A program made the translations under genes and the position numbers. From Acidimicrobiia bacterium (lineage in GTDB: Bacteria; Actinomycetota; Acidimicrobiia; Spongiisociales; Spongiisociaceae), in NCBI GenBank assembly GCA_041576165.1, contig JBFGLM010000027.1:1-62355 (forward strand): DNA of 62,355 nucleotides. The letters run 5' to 3'. Below are positions 27,249 through 37,301 of this stretch, piece by piece. Every line of letters begins with the position of its first letter. Position 1 is the stretch's first letter. The notes below the pieces were generated by a model. That model was not told the DNA's origin and ran no database searches. It was given only the letters and a program-made list of their open reading frames with translations.

Positions 27249-28648
27249 TCGGGCGCACGATCTCGGACATGGCCACCGCGCTCCGGGCAGGCGATGTGAG
27301 CTCGGCCGATTTGACCGAAGCGGCATTGAGCGGCATCGCTCGGCTGGACGATCGCCTCAGAGCATTTGTGGTCACCGACCCGGATGGCGCGCAGGCCGCC
27401 GCCGCCGACGCCGACGCTGCCCTGGCGGCTGGCAACGATAGGGGCCCGCTCGTGGGGGTACCGGTGGCAGTCAAGGACATCATCGACATGCAGGGACTGC
27501 CTACTCGGTGCGGATCGCCAGCCTATCCGGAGGTGCCGTCCAGCCGGGACGCCTCCGTGGTATCCCGGCTCCGCTCGGCCGGCGCAGTGATCGTTGGCAA
27601 AACCACCGCACATGAATTGGCGTGCGGCGTCTACAGCCCGCCGGCCGTCAATCCGTGGGACGTCACACGTTTGCCGGGCGGATCGAGCGGAGGCTCGGGC
27701 GGGGCCGTCGCGGCCGGGCTGGTGGCGATGGCGTTGGGCAGCGATACCGGCGGATCGATCCGGATCCCGGCCGCGGTATGCGGGGTGACAGGACTCAAAC
27801 CTACGTACGGTCGGGTTTCACGCCATGGGGTCGAGCCGCTCTCATGGTCGCTCGACCACATCGGGCCTCTGGCGGCGTCTGTTCGCGATTGTGCCCTCAG
27901 CCTCGGCGCCATGGCCGGTGCCGACCCGGCCGATCCATCCACGGCGCAAGTTGCCGTGCCTGACTTCGCGGCTTCGCTCGATCGAGGCGTCGACGGCCTC
28001 CGGGTAGGCGTCCTGACAGGGCCGTCCTTCTCGCCGATGGCACCGGACGTCGAACGAGCGTTCTTGGCTGCGGTCGACCACCTCCGGTCGCACGGTGCCG
28101 AGCCGGTGACATTGGAAATCCCGGAGCTCGAATACACGCTGGCGGCCGAGTTCGCCATCGTCGGCGCCGAAGCCGCTCATTACCATCGCCGCCTCCTGCG
28201 CGAGCAGCCCGATCGCATCGATCCCGGCATCCGGACGCTCCTTGTGACCGGCACGCTGCGTCCTGCCGCCGACTACCTCAAAGGGCTGTCGGCCCGCACG
28301 GTCGTCCGAGATGCGATTCGCAGGACCTTCGAGGAACACCGGCTGGATGTCGTTGCGACCCCGACGCTCCCCGAAACCGCTGGCGGTCTCGAGCAGACAG
28401 AATTCGAGATCGAGGGCGCGCGAGAGCAGGTCACGAGCGCCTATGTGAGAACAACCGCTCCATTCAATCTGTCGGGGCTGCCGGCGTTGTCAGTTCCGTG
28501 TGGGATCGATGGCAACGGTCTGCCGATCGGCCTGCAACTGGCGGGACGGCCGTTCGCCGAGGAGACGGTGCTCCAGGTTGGTGCGGCCTACGAATCCACA
28601 ACCACGTGGTCGCAACGCCGGCCGCCGATCCATGTCGCCGCCGCATGA
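27245..28648 (+). CDS. Amidase signature family enzyme (GatA/AtzE-like)
   Basis: GPL.GVPVAVKD, GKT..HE.A.G, PGGSSGGSG.AVAAG, GSDTGGSIRIPA..CG..GLKPTYGRVS. Confidence 0.95.
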   Translation: MIGRTISDMATALRAGDVSSADLTEAALSGIARLDDRLRAFVVTDPDGAQAAAADADAALAAGNDRGPLVGVPVAVKDIIDMQGLPTRCGSPAYPEVPSSRDASVVSRLRSAGAVIVGKTTAHELACGVYSPPAVNPWDVTRLPGGSSGGSGGAVAAGLVAMALGSDTGGSIRIPAAVCGVTGLKPTYGRVSRHGVEPLSWSLDHIGPLAASVRDCALSLGAMAGADPADPSTAQVAVPDFAASLDRGVDGLRVGVLTGPSFSPMAPDVERAFLAAVDHLRSHGAEPVTLEIPELEYTLAAEFAIVGAEAAHYHRRLLREQPDRIDPGIRTLLVTGTLRPAADYLKGLSARTVVRDAIRRTFEEHRLDVVATPTLPETAGGLEQTEFEIEGAREQVTSAYVRTTAPFNLSGLPALSVPCGIDGNGLPIGLQLAGRPFAEETVLQVGAAYESTTTWSQRRPPIHVAAA

Positions 28649-28717
28649 CCCCGGAGCCAGCAACGCTCGGGAGCCGGCGTCGATCCGTACCGTCACCGCC
28701 CGCACCCGGGAGAGGTC

Positions 28718-29371
28718 ATGGAAGGTGAACCCGACCTAGCCCGGCGACTGACGGCAGTCCACACCGCTCTGCTGTGCGATTCGCTCGACTCGCTCGGATT
28801 CCGAGACGCTGCGCTGGGCCCTGACATCCAGGCGCTCGGTCGGACAAGGGCAATGGTGGGCCGGGCGTTCACGATCCGGTGCGAAGCTGCGACGCAGCTT
28901 CCGACATCGCCGTACGAACATCTCATCGCCGCGTTCGATCATCTTGCCGAGGGCGACGTGATCGTGATTCAGACCGGCGAGCAGGTCTCGGCCATGTGGG
29001 GTGAGCTGCTGACTACAGCCGCCATCGCAGCCGGAGTCCGCGGAGCCGTGATGGATGGGCTGGCCCGGGACCTCGACGACATCGACGCAATGAGCTTTCC
29101 CGTGTTCGGGACCGGAATATCGCCGATGGACTCTGCCGGCCGCCAGGACGTCGTCGAATACGGCCGCACCATCACATGTGGAAATGCGGATGTCCGTCTG
29201 GGTGACTGGATCGTCGGCGACACGATGGGCGTGGTCGTGGTCCCGGTCGAACTGGCCGAGGACGCCACGGCACTGGCGGAACAGAAGCTGGGATCTGAGT
29301 CAACCGTGAGAGAGGAACTCGCCCGGGGCGACTCTCTCGAGGAGGTGTTTCGAAGGCATGGCGTTCTGTGA
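28718..29371 (+). CDS. RraA family / HMG-aldolase-like protein
   Basis: DSLD, GRAFT, WGEL, GAVMDG..RD, FPVF, GD..GVVVVP. Confidence 0.88.
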   Translation: MEGEPDLARRLTAVHTALLCDSLDSLGFRDAALGPDIQALGRTRAMVGRAFTIRCEAATQLPTSPYEHLIAAFDHLAEGDVIVIQTGEQVSAMWGELLTTAAIAAGVRGAVMDGLARDLDDIDAMSFPVFGTGISPMDSAGRQDVVEYGRTITCGNADVRLGDWIVGDTMGVVVVPVELAEDATALAEQKLGSESTVREELARGDSLEEVFRRHGVL

Positions 29372-29471
29372 GCATCCAGATCGGGCGTCTCACCAGGACC
29401 CGGCGCATCCCTCGACAGGTCGAGATTGCGAGGCCACGCCACAACGCCTCCGTAGCGAAAGGAGCTGACCC

Positions 29472-30299
29472 GTGCCGATGACCACTCTTCCCACCGGCAT
29501 CGACATGTATTACGAGACGGCAGGAGCCGGCGATCCCCTACTCCTCATCATGGGTACGGCAGCCGATCACAGCACGTGGGCCGCCCAGGTTGAGGCGTAC
29601 CAGGACGATTACACGGTCATCACGTACGACGCTCGCGGCACAGGGCAGTCCACCCACCCCTCTGACCCCACGACCTACTCGATGAGGGTGCTGGCCGATG
29701 ACGCCGCCGCGTTGCTCGATCACCTCGGAATCAGCCGGGCGCACGTGTCGGGCCTGTCACTCGGCAGCGCCACCGCTCAGGAGCTGGCGATCAACCATCC
29801 CGACATGGTCGCCACCCTTCAGCTGCACTGCACCTGGGGCCGGTCAGACGAGTGGTTCAATCGCATGATCGACACCAATGCGCTGCCCGTCCAGCTCGAC
29901 GATTTCGAGCGGTACATCCGGACGGCTTTGTTATGGGTGGCAAGTCCCCAGTTCATCAATGAGCGGCCCGATGATGTAGCCGCGTTCGAACGTGGGTTCA
30001 TCCTGGAGAACCCTCATCCGCCCAGCCAAGAAGGCATGCTCGGCCATTTCCATGCCGATCAGACCCACGACACGCTTGATCGGCTGCATCACATCGCCGT
30101 ACCGACGCTGATCACGTCAGGTGAGGTCGACTGGCAGGTCCCGACCCGCTACGGACTCGACGTGCAAGCACGAATACCCGGCTCGACCATGCACGTGTTT
30201 CGCGGTCCGGCCTCTAGTCACATCGCGTTCGTCGAAATGGTTGACGAATGGAATGACTTCACACTCGCCTGGCTTCGTCGGCTCGGGCCAATTCGCTGA
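29472..30299 (+). CDS. Alpha/beta hydrolase (enol-lactonase/RutD-like)
   Basis: YDARGTGQS, GLSLGS, GEVD, SSH; SD AAGGAG. Confidence 0.9.
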   Translation: MPMTTLPTGIDMYYETAGAGDPLLLIMGTAADHSTWAAQVEAYQDDYTVITYDARGTGQSTHPSDPTTYSMRVLADDAAALLDHLGISRAHVSGLSLGSATAQELAINHPDMVATLQLHCTWGRSDEWFNRMIDTNALPVQLDDFERYIRTALLWVASPQFINERPDDVAAFERGFILENPHPPSQEGMLGHFHADQTHDTLDRLHHIAVPTLITSGEVDWQVPTRYGLDVQARIPGSTMHVFRGPASSHIAFVEMVDEWNDFTLAWLRRLGPIR

Positions 30300-31076
30300 T
30301 CAGTGGGCCGTCCACCCGCCGTCAACCACGAGCACCGAACCCGTCATATAGCTCGATGCATCCGAGGCGAGGAAGAGCGCGGCACCCTGTATCTCGTGTA
30401 GTTCCCCCCACCGACGCAGCGCCACCTCCTGGTTGATGACCCGGCGAGCATGCTCGGTGTCTCGAAACGGAATGTTCATCTCAGTCAGGAAAGGCCCGGG
30501 GGCCAGCGCGTTCACCGTGATCGCAGCATCCGCCCACTCCATAGCCAGTGCCCGGGTGAGCTGTATCACCGCGCCTTTCGAGGTCGTGTAGGCGGTCCGG
30601 TCAGGTGCCGCCACCAGTCCGAAAGTCGACGCAATGTTGATGACGCGTCCGTGACGGGATGCCTTCAGGTAAGGGGCGGCAGCCCGGCACAGCGCCCAGG
30701 CACCGGTCACGTTGACGGCCAGGGAGCGTTCGAAGTCGGTCTTCTCCAGCTGCTCGATTGCTCCTCGCACGTTGATGCCGGCATTGTTGACGAGGATGTC
30801 GAGGCCACCGAACTCTGCGACGGCCCGTTCGACCGCACGCGACACGTCGGCATCCTGCGCGACGTCACCCGCTACCGCCAGCGCCGGCCCACCGGTGGCA
30901 TCGGTGATCGCGCGGGCGGCCCGAGCCAGGGCCCGCTCGTCGCGGCTCATCACGGCCACTGAGGCACCTGCCCACGACAGCGCCTCGGCAATTGCGGCTC
31001 CCAGACCCCGAGAGCCGCCGGTTACGAGTGCGGTTCGGCCGTCAAGCCGGAAGAGCTCGAGTGGATCAGCGGCCGT
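30300..31076 (-). CDS. SDR family oxidoreductase (gluconate 5-dehydrogenase-like); the only plausible start is ACG
   Basis: LF.LDGRTALVTGGSRGLG, LVNNAG, NIAS, YTTSK, VNALAPG, VDGG; no ATG/GTG/TTG upstream of the Rossmann motif in frame. Confidence 0.85.
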   Translation of the reverse strand, partial: TAADPLELFRLDGRTALVTGGSRGLGAAIAEALSWAGASVAVMSRDERALARAARAITDATGGPALAVAGDVAQDADVSRAVERAVAEFGGLDILVNNAGINVRGAIEQLEKTDFERSLAVNVTGAWALCRAAAPYLKASRHGRVINIASTFGLVAAPDRTAYTTSKGAVIQLTRALAMEWADAAITVNALAPGPFLTEMNIPFRDTEHARRVINQEVALRRWGELHEIQGAALFLASDASSYMTGSVLVVDGGWTAH

Positions 31077-31605
31077 GCGCCTCCTCGTAGGTTGCCCCGC
31101 CGGTGTCCTCCACCCAGTATTTGCGAGCCCAGCCGACGCCCTGCCAGCTCTTGACCTCAGTCGGTGTCATCTTGATCAGCCAGCGTGGCTGCTTGATAGT
31201 GCCCTGTAGATACTCGGGGCCGTTGGGGCCGAGATAGCGGTAGGACATCTGCTCGGCGATCTCGACCCACTTACCTCCGACGTTCGGTTCCTCGGCGATC
31301 TCGGCGATGCCCTGCATGAAGACTTTGGGAATCTCCATGGATTTGCCCGACTCGTCGGGCGGTGAGTGCGGAGCGTCGATCACGACCGAGACGCGCCCGT
31401 CGTTCTTGATGTACTCGCACCAGACGGCCTTTTGCCGCCCGACGAACCACATGAACTCCCCGTCCCACTGGTACCACACAGGAATCACATACGGCGCACC
31501 ATCGGGCGTGAGCACGGCCAGCCGAGCGATCTCGGGCCCCGCCAGAAAGGCCTCGAATTCGTTCTCGGCGAGGGCACCGAGCTTGCCTCGAAAGTCGTCT
31601 GCCAT
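31066..31605 (-). CDS. Pyridoxamine 5'-phosphate oxidase-like (PPOX, flavin/F420-binding) protein
   Basis: FL....IARLA....DG.PYVIPVWY.WDG, I.ND.RVSVVID. Confidence 0.85.
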   Translation of the reverse strand: MADDFRGKLGALAENEFEAFLAGPEIARLAVLTPDGAPYVIPVWYQWDGEFMWFVGRQKAVWCEYIKNDGRVSVVIDAPHSPPDESGKSMEIPKVFMQGIAEIAEEPNVGGKWVEIAEQMSYRYLGPNGPEYLQGTIKQPRWLIKMTPTEVKSWQGVGWARKYWVEDTGGATYEEAHGR

Positions 31606-31810
31606 GCGCATCCCTTCCGGTCGTCGATCGTTGCCGGTGCCGCTCCGAGCTGCTGTTGACCAGCACGCATCCTGTTGTGCCGGCTGAGCACCGCGGGTCC
31701 AAAGATTATAATATTTCGCATGCCGGTGCCCTCGATCCCGCCTCTCGGTTTGCTCCGGCAGGGCGAACCTGCGAATCGCGAAAGCTAGATTCGGTGCAAC
31801 GGGAGGCTTT

Positions 31811-32869
31811 GTGACGCACGGCGACGGCAGTTCCATCAGCACCACGCAGCCCAACGTCGCACTCTCGGTGCGCGACCTCGTGAAGACGTTCCGGGTGGGT
31901 GGCGGGATGTTCAGTCGTGACGAGGGTGAGGTATCCGCCGTTGCTGGCGTCTCGTTCGACATCGATTCAGGCAGGACGCTCGGCCTCGTCGGTGAATCGG
32001 GTTGCGGCAAATCGACGACTGCGCGGTGCATCCTGCGGCTCATCGAACCCACTTCGGGGGAGGTCGTGCTCAACCGTGTGCTCGACAATGGAAGCCGGGA
32101 ACGCATCGATATCATCTCCGCCGACCGCAAGCAGCTTCGGGCGCTGCGCAAGCAGATGCAGATCGTGTTTCAGGATCCGTTCGCATCGCTCAACCCTCGT
32201 ATGACCGTTGGCACTGCGATCGGTGAGTTGATGGCCGTCCACACGGACATGTCGGCCGGGGAGCGGGCAGCCGCGGTCGGTGACATCCTCGGGCTCGTCG
32301 GTATGAATCCCAACGTCGCCAACCGGTATCCACATGAATTCTCCGGTGGCCAGCGGCAGCGGATCGGCGTCGCCCGGGCCCTGGCGCTGAATCCCGATTT
32401 CCTCATCTTGGACGAGCCGGTATCGGCGCTCGACGTGTCCATTCAAGCCCAGGTGCTGAACCTGTTCGACGAGCTCCAGGATGAGCTCGGCCTCACATAC
32501 CTGTTCATCGCCCACGATCTCGCGGTCGTGCGTCACATCTGTGATGACACCGCCGTGATGTACCTCGGCAAGATCGTCGAGCGGACAAGCACCGACCGCT
32601 TGTTCAGCGAACCGATGCACCCATATACGCATGCGTTGCTCTCCGCTGTACCGGTGCCGGACCCACGTCACCAGCGGCAGCGCTCCCGCATCCTGCTCGA
32701 GGGTGATGTCCCCAGCCCACTCAACCCGCCGTCCGGGTGCCGATTCCACACGCGGTGTCCGGTGGGCAAGGACAAGGAGATCTGCCGGGCCGAAGAGCCG
32801 CCGCTGCTGGAAGTATCAGCGGGCCACGCAGTGGCCTGTCACTTCCCCGAAGTGAAGTCCATCGTCTGA
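31811..32869 (+). CDS. Peptide/opine/nickel ABC transporter ATP-binding subunit (DppF/OppF-like)
   Basis: [54 protein letters not shown]. Confidence 0.96.
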   Translation: MTHGDGSSISTTQPNVALSVRDLVKTFRVGGGMFSRDEGEVSAVAGVSFDIDSGRTLGLVGESGCGKSTTARCILRLIEPTSGEVVLNRVLDNGSRERIDIISADRKQLRALRKQMQIVFQDPFASLNPRMTVGTAIGELMAVHTDMSAGERAAAVGDILGLVGMNPNVANRYPHEFSGGQRQRIGVARALALNPDFLILDEPVSALDVSIQAQVLNLFDELQDELGLTYLFIAHDLAVVRHICDDTAVMYLGKIVERTSTDRLFSEPMHPYTHALLSAVPVPDPRHQRQRSRILLEGDVPSPLNPPSGCRFHTRCPVGKDKEICRAEEPPLLEVSAGHAVACHFPEVKSIV

Positions 32870-33657
32870 TGCCGATGCCCGACGTTCGCGAAGGCAACCC
32901 GGTGAAGGATCGCCTGGCGGACGGGGGCACGGTTGTCGGCTCGTTTCTCCGAATGCCGGCTGCCGAGATCGCCGAACTGTGCGGGCACGCCGGATGCGAC
33001 TTCGTGCTCATCGATCTCGAGCACGGCGCGCTCTCGTGGGAGCGGGTTGCCGCCCTGATAAGTGCTGCCGAGTCCGCCGGCGCCGCCCCCATCGTCCGAC
33101 TTCCGACCACCGCCCGCGACCCGATCACCCGCGCGCTCGACATCGGCGCGCACGGCGTCATGGTCGCGCGAGTCGACACCGCCGAGGAAGCTCAGGTAGT
33201 GGCCGATGCCGCCCGTTACGGGTCGGGAGGAACCAGAGGTGCCGCGGGCAACCGTCGTACCGGGTACGGACTCCGGATGGGCCTCGGTGAGTTCGTCGCT
33301 GCCGCCAACCGCGCAACCTTCGTGTCGGTGCAGATCGAGACAATGCGGGCAGTGCACAATGCCGAAGCCATCGCCGCAGTTCCGGGTCTCGATTGCCTCT
33401 TCATGGGGCTCTCCGATCTATCGGTCGACCTCGATATTCCGGGCCAGTGGACCCACGACGACGTTCTGGAAGCGACAGCTTCCGTTCGATCGGCCTGCGA
33501 TCGTCATCGCGTGGCGCTCGGTGTGCCGGCCCCCGACGTAAGGTTCGCTCAACAGTTCGCAGAGCATGGGGCGCGGCTGATCGCATGCGGGGACACCGGT
33601 GTGTTCGGCCAGGCGATGCGCTCCTTCGTGGACGGAGTCCGATCATTCACCGATTGA
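32869..33657 (+). CDS. HpcH/HpaI class II aldolase family protein
   Basis: DFV.IDLEHG, VRLP, LD.GA.GVM, RG, VQIET..AV.N.EAI.AV.G.D.LF.G..DLS. Confidence 0.92.
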   Translation: MPMPDVREGNPVKDRLADGGTVVGSFLRMPAAEIAELCGHAGCDFVLIDLEHGALSWERVAALISAAESAGAAPIVRLPTTARDPITRALDIGAHGVMVARVDTAEEAQVVADAARYGSGGTRGAAGNRRTGYGLRMGLGEFVAAANRATFVSVQIETMRAVHNAEAIAAVPGLDCLFMGLSDLSVDLDIPGQWTHDDVLEATASVRSACDRHRVALGVPAPDVRFAQQFAEHGARLIACGDTGVFGQAMRSFVDGVRSFTD

Positions 33658-34568
33658 GCCGCAAGGCCACCCAGTTCCTCTTCGATCCGACCATAGAACC
33701 GATCCTGACGGTACAGCCGGGGGAATCGATCATCGTCGAGACCCAGGACGCGCACAGCGGCACCATCACCGGTCCGGACGTGGTCTACGAGACACTCGAC
33801 GATGTCATGCACCGGATCGGTGGCGCCAATCCGGTCACCGGCCCGATCGCCATCGACGGGGTCGGCGCCGGTGACTGTATCGCGGTCCACATCGAGCACG
33901 TCGAGGGTGCTCCCGTCACCGGTTTCGGCTACATGAACACCACACCAACGCTGCACCCGGACTTCCGGGCCGAGACCACCATCTGTCGCCGCATAGGCGA
34001 TCACGTCGAGATCCCCACGGCCCTGGGACCGATCATGATTCCGCTGCGCCCTTTCGTGGGGACCATCGGAGTCGCTCCGGCCGGAGATCCCATCGAATCG
34101 TTCCGGCAGGGCCGCACGATCCTCGGCAACGTCGACATGCCCGATGTCGCGCGCGGCGCAACTGTGGTGATGCGCGCCAACGTCGATGGGGCGTTGCTGT
34201 CACTCGGCGACGCCCATCTGTCACAGGGCGACGCAGAGATTCATCGCTCGGCCATCGAAACCCAGGCCGACGTGCAGCTGCACGTCGACCACGTCCAGCC
34301 CGATGATGTGCACTATGCCGGCTTGCCGCAGATCAACACCGCCGACTCGTGGGGCAGCGTGGCGCCGGGCCCCGGGCACCTCGAAGATCTGGTTCGGGAC
34401 GCCTATGACGACCTGGCCGAGAGAATGCGTCGCACCGGTCGATACACGCTTGCTGAGGCCTACCGGCTCCTCGGCGCGGCTGGCACTGTCCGCATCGGCC
34501 AAGTGGTACCGCCCGTGTACTCAGCGATGGCCAAGATCGAGCGCCGCTACGTGGAGGAACTCACATGA
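33654..34568 (+). CDS. Acetamidase/formamidase family protein
   Basis: V.PGE...VET.DA, NPVTGPI.I.G...GD, PF.GTIGVAP, GN.D, GALLSLGD.H..QGD.E; start TTG at 33654 inferred. Confidence 0.88.
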   Translation: MSRKATQFLFDPTIEPILTVQPGESIIVETQDAHSGTITGPDVVYETLDDVMHRIGGANPVTGPIAIDGVGAGDCIAVHIEHVEGAPVTGFGYMNTTPTLHPDFRAETTICRRIGDHVEIPTALGPIMIPLRPFVGTIGVAPAGDPIESFRQGRTILGNVDMPDVARGATVVMRANVDGALLSLGDAHLSQGDAEIHRSAIETQADVQLHVDHVQPDDVHYAGLPQINTADSWGSVAPGPGHLEDLVRDAYDDLAERMRRTGRYTLAEAYRLLGAAGTVRIGQVVPPVYSAMAKIERRYVEELT

Positions 34569-35728
34569 AGCCGTCACGCGCCATCGAAGCCCTGCCACGC
34601 TCCGGGATACGCAAGATCATGGAGCTGGCTTGGACGACCGAGGGATGCCTTCACCTGGAAGTGGGTGAACCCAACTTTCCCACGCCCGACCACGTGATCG
34701 AAGCCGCCCACCGCGGCGCCCTCGACGGCTATACCAAATACACGCCGAATGCCGGGATCCCACCTCTGCGGGAGGCACTGGCTGCCAAGGTCCGCACCCG
34801 GAACGGGATCGACGCCACGCCAGATCAGATCATCGTTACACCCGGCGCCGTCGCCGGCATCTACAGCTCTTTCGCCGCGCTGGCCGATCCCGGTGACGAG
34901 ATTCTCCTTTCGGACCCGGCGTGGCCGAATTACCAGCTCATGACGGATCTGCTCGGGATGACCGCAGCCATCTTCCCGCTCCGTGCGGAAGATGGCCTCG
35001 TGCCGCGGGCGGAGCAGATCGAGCGGCACATCACGGAGCGGACCCGTGTGCTCGTTCTCAACTCGCCGGGCAATCCGACCGGAGCCTCCACGCCGCCCGA
35101 TGTGCTCGCAGAGCTCATGGAACTCGCCCGGCGCTACGACCTCTGGGTGCTCTCCGATGAGGTGTACGACGAGATCTGGTATGAAGCACCGCCGGAGTCG
35201 ATCGCCCGCTACGACACCGACGGACGGGTCGTCACCTTCTTCTCGTTCTCGAAGACATACGCGATGACCGGATGGCGCGTGGGGTACATGGTGGCCCCTC
35301 CGGAGATCACCTCATACATCATCAAGGCGCAGGAGCCGATCACGTCCTGTGTCAACGCCCCCGCTCAGACGGCCGCCATTGCTGCAGTCACCGGGCCGCA
35401 AGACGTGGTCGCAGCCATGCGGCAGGCATACCACGAGCGCCGGGACCTGGTGCTCGATACGCTCAACAGCGCCGGGATCCCCCACGTTCGGCCCCAGGGC
35501 GCCTTCTACCTCTTCGCAGACGTGAGTGGGAGCGGCCTGACCGACACCGAGTTCTGTGAACGCCTGGTGCTCGAACGAGGCGTAGCGGCCGCTCCCGGCT
35601 CGACATTCGGTCCCGCTAGCGGAGCGTTTGCTCGCATTTCGTTTGCGGCTGCTCCCGAGGTTCTGGTCGAAGGCGTGCAGCGGATGGCGGATGCCGTGGC
35701 CGAATGGCGTGCCTCCAGCCGGCGTTAG
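34565..35728 (+). CDS. PLP-dependent aminotransferase class I/II
   Basis: GEPNF.TP, Y.PNAG...LR, NSPGNPTG, SDEVY, SFSKTYAMTGWRVGY, GAFY. Confidence 0.95.
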   Translation: MKPSRAIEALPRSGIRKIMELAWTTEGCLHLEVGEPNFPTPDHVIEAAHRGALDGYTKYTPNAGIPPLREALAAKVRTRNGIDATPDQIIVTPGAVAGIYSSFAALADPGDEILLSDPAWPNYQLMTDLLGMTAAIFPLRAEDGLVPRAEQIERHITERTRVLVLNSPGNPTGASTPPDVLAELMELARRYDLWVLSDEVYDEIWYEAPPESIARYDTDGRVVTFFSFSKTYAMTGWRVGYMVAPPEITSYIIKAQEPITSCVNAPAQTAAIAAVTGPQDVVAAMRQAYHERRDLVLDTLNSAGIPHVRPQGAFYLFADVSGSGLTDTEFCERLVLERGVAAAPGSTFGPASGAFARISFAAAPEVLVEGVQRMADAVAEWRASSRR

Positions 35729-36597
35729 AACTCGAACAACGACATCGCGGTCCCGCCCCGGATCGCCGCTCGCTCGCCCTCCGTGAGCTCCGGCAGGTGG
35801 TGATCGACGACGGCCAGGGTCTGGGCGTGTCCGGGATTGACCTGAATCCAGGGCCAGTCGGATGCCATCAGCATCCGATTCGCACCAAAGGCTTCGTAGA
35901 TCCGATGGGAGACTTCTTGGAGATCCAGGTACGGGTACGGGCTTCCACTGAACGCGTAGTGACCAGAGAAGTGGACGTACAGATCCTGCGGATGTTTGGC
36001 GGCCATCTCTTCGATCAGAGTCAGTGAATCGGGCGGAAGCGGGATGTCAAACTGGGGCCGGGCGTCATCATCGATGACCAACTCCATCCAGATGTCAGGG
36101 CAGAAACCGAGGTGGTTGAGCACGACCCTGAGCCCGGGAAGCCGCTGCATCACGCCGTCCAGCAAACGGACCTGATCGGGAGAGCCATAAAACCACAACT
36201 TCTGATTGAGCTCGCGCATTGCTTCGAGTACGGGAAAGACGGCCAGCGACTCAACCTCCTGACCCTCGTCGGCGGCAAATCCGTAGAACCGCAAACCCTG
36301 AATCCCGACATCCGTAGCACGGCGGGCCACCTGGCCGGCACCGTCGGGTGCCGCGGCGTCGTAGACACCTACCCCGGCGAACTTCCCGGGGAAGTCTCGG
36401 AGAATCTCGGCCAGGTAGTCGTCGGGAACCGACACCGGAACGACGATCGCGTGGTCCACCCCGGACGCGTCCATCGCATCGATGAACTTCTCGGCCGGTT
36501 CTTCGCGTTCAGGCGGCGTCATCCCTTCGAAGACGTCCCGGGGGTACCGGTCGCTCTTGGCTTTGAACAAGTGGAGATGGGCGTCGACGACGGCCAT
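35725..36597 (-). CDS. Amidohydrolase-2 family protein (lactonase-like)
   Basis: VDAHLH, GVD.AI.V, VLNHLG, FGANR.L.ASDWP, IRGGTA..LF. Confidence 0.9.
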   Translation of the reverse strand: MAVVDAHLHLFKAKSDRYPRDVFEGMTPPEREEPAEKFIDAMDASGVDHAIVVPVSVPDDYLAEILRDFPGKFAGVGVYDAAAPDGAGQVARRATDVGIQGLRFYGFAADEGQEVESLAVFPVLEAMRELNQKLWFYGSPDQVRLLDGVMQRLPGLRVVLNHLGFCPDIWMELVIDDDARPQFDIPLPPDSLTLIEEMAAKHPQDLYVHFSGHYAFSGSPYPYLDLQEVSHRIYEAFGANRMLMASDWPWIQVNPGHAQTLAVVDHHLPELTEGERAAIRGGTAMSLFEF

Positions 36598-36608
36598 GTT
36601 TCATCCCT

Positions 36609-37301
36609 TCAGTCTGTGCCGGGGGCGGTTTGCTGGTGAGCTCCGGCGGCTTCGATCTGGTCGGCGTGTTCCGCAATCCATTGGAGGTGAGGTCCGGTGA
36701 GGTACCGGCGGACGAACATGACGAGGTGCTCGAGGAGCTGCGGTTGATCCGCCAGCAGGTCGGGCCCGGTGGCCGCCGACGCGGCAGTCACCAGCATGCG
36801 GGGACCAAGCAGTTTCGGATAGATCGCCTCGACATGGCCGTGAGCTCCGGCGTTCAAGGTGCCACTGAGCACGAGGCGGCTGGCGTGAGTCGTAGCAGCC
36901 CAGTCGATCCCAGCAGGATGCAGCGGCGACGGGCTGACCATGACCTGAACCGGAACTCCGGTCGAGTCACCGTGGTCGAGCAGCAACTCGGCGACACTGC
37001 CGTACGTGGCCACAGCCACCGGCCCGAACGAGCCGCACACCTCACGCAGCATCATGCCGATCTGCTGCCCGAGTGCGGCCAGGTCCACGTCGCCGTCCGA
37101 CAACCCGTGACCGGGCAGTTCGACGCTGATGACGCGGAACCCGTGGTCCGCGACCCGTCCCGTGATACTCCCCCAGGAATCGAGATCGTCGCCGAGATCG
37201 TGAAGAAAGAGCACCGCCGGGCCATCGACGGACCATTCATGCCCCCGCAGCACCACGTCACTGTCGAGACGGATGGCGATCGGGAGGGGTCGGGTGGTCA
37301 T
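36609..37301 (-). CDS. Alpha/beta hydrolase-fold protein lacking the GxSxG nucleophile
   Basis: [22 protein letters not shown]; elbow reads ATYGS. Confidence 0.65.
   Translation of the reverse strand: MTTRPLPIAIRLDSDVVLRGHEWSVDGPAVLFLHDLGDDLDSWGSITGRVADHGFRVISVELPGHGLSDGDVDLAALGQQIGMMLREVCGSFGPVAVATYGSVAELLLDHGDSTGVPVQVMVSPSPLHPAGIDWAATTHASRLVLSGTLNAGAHGHVEAIYPKLLGPRMLVTAASAATGPDLLADQPQLLEHLVMFVRRYLTGPHLQWIAEHADQIEAAGAHQQTAPGTD

Noticed and set aside
27245-28648. Amidase as true gatA of the Glu-tRNA amidotransferase
   Set aside because: No gatB adjacent and the context is catabolic
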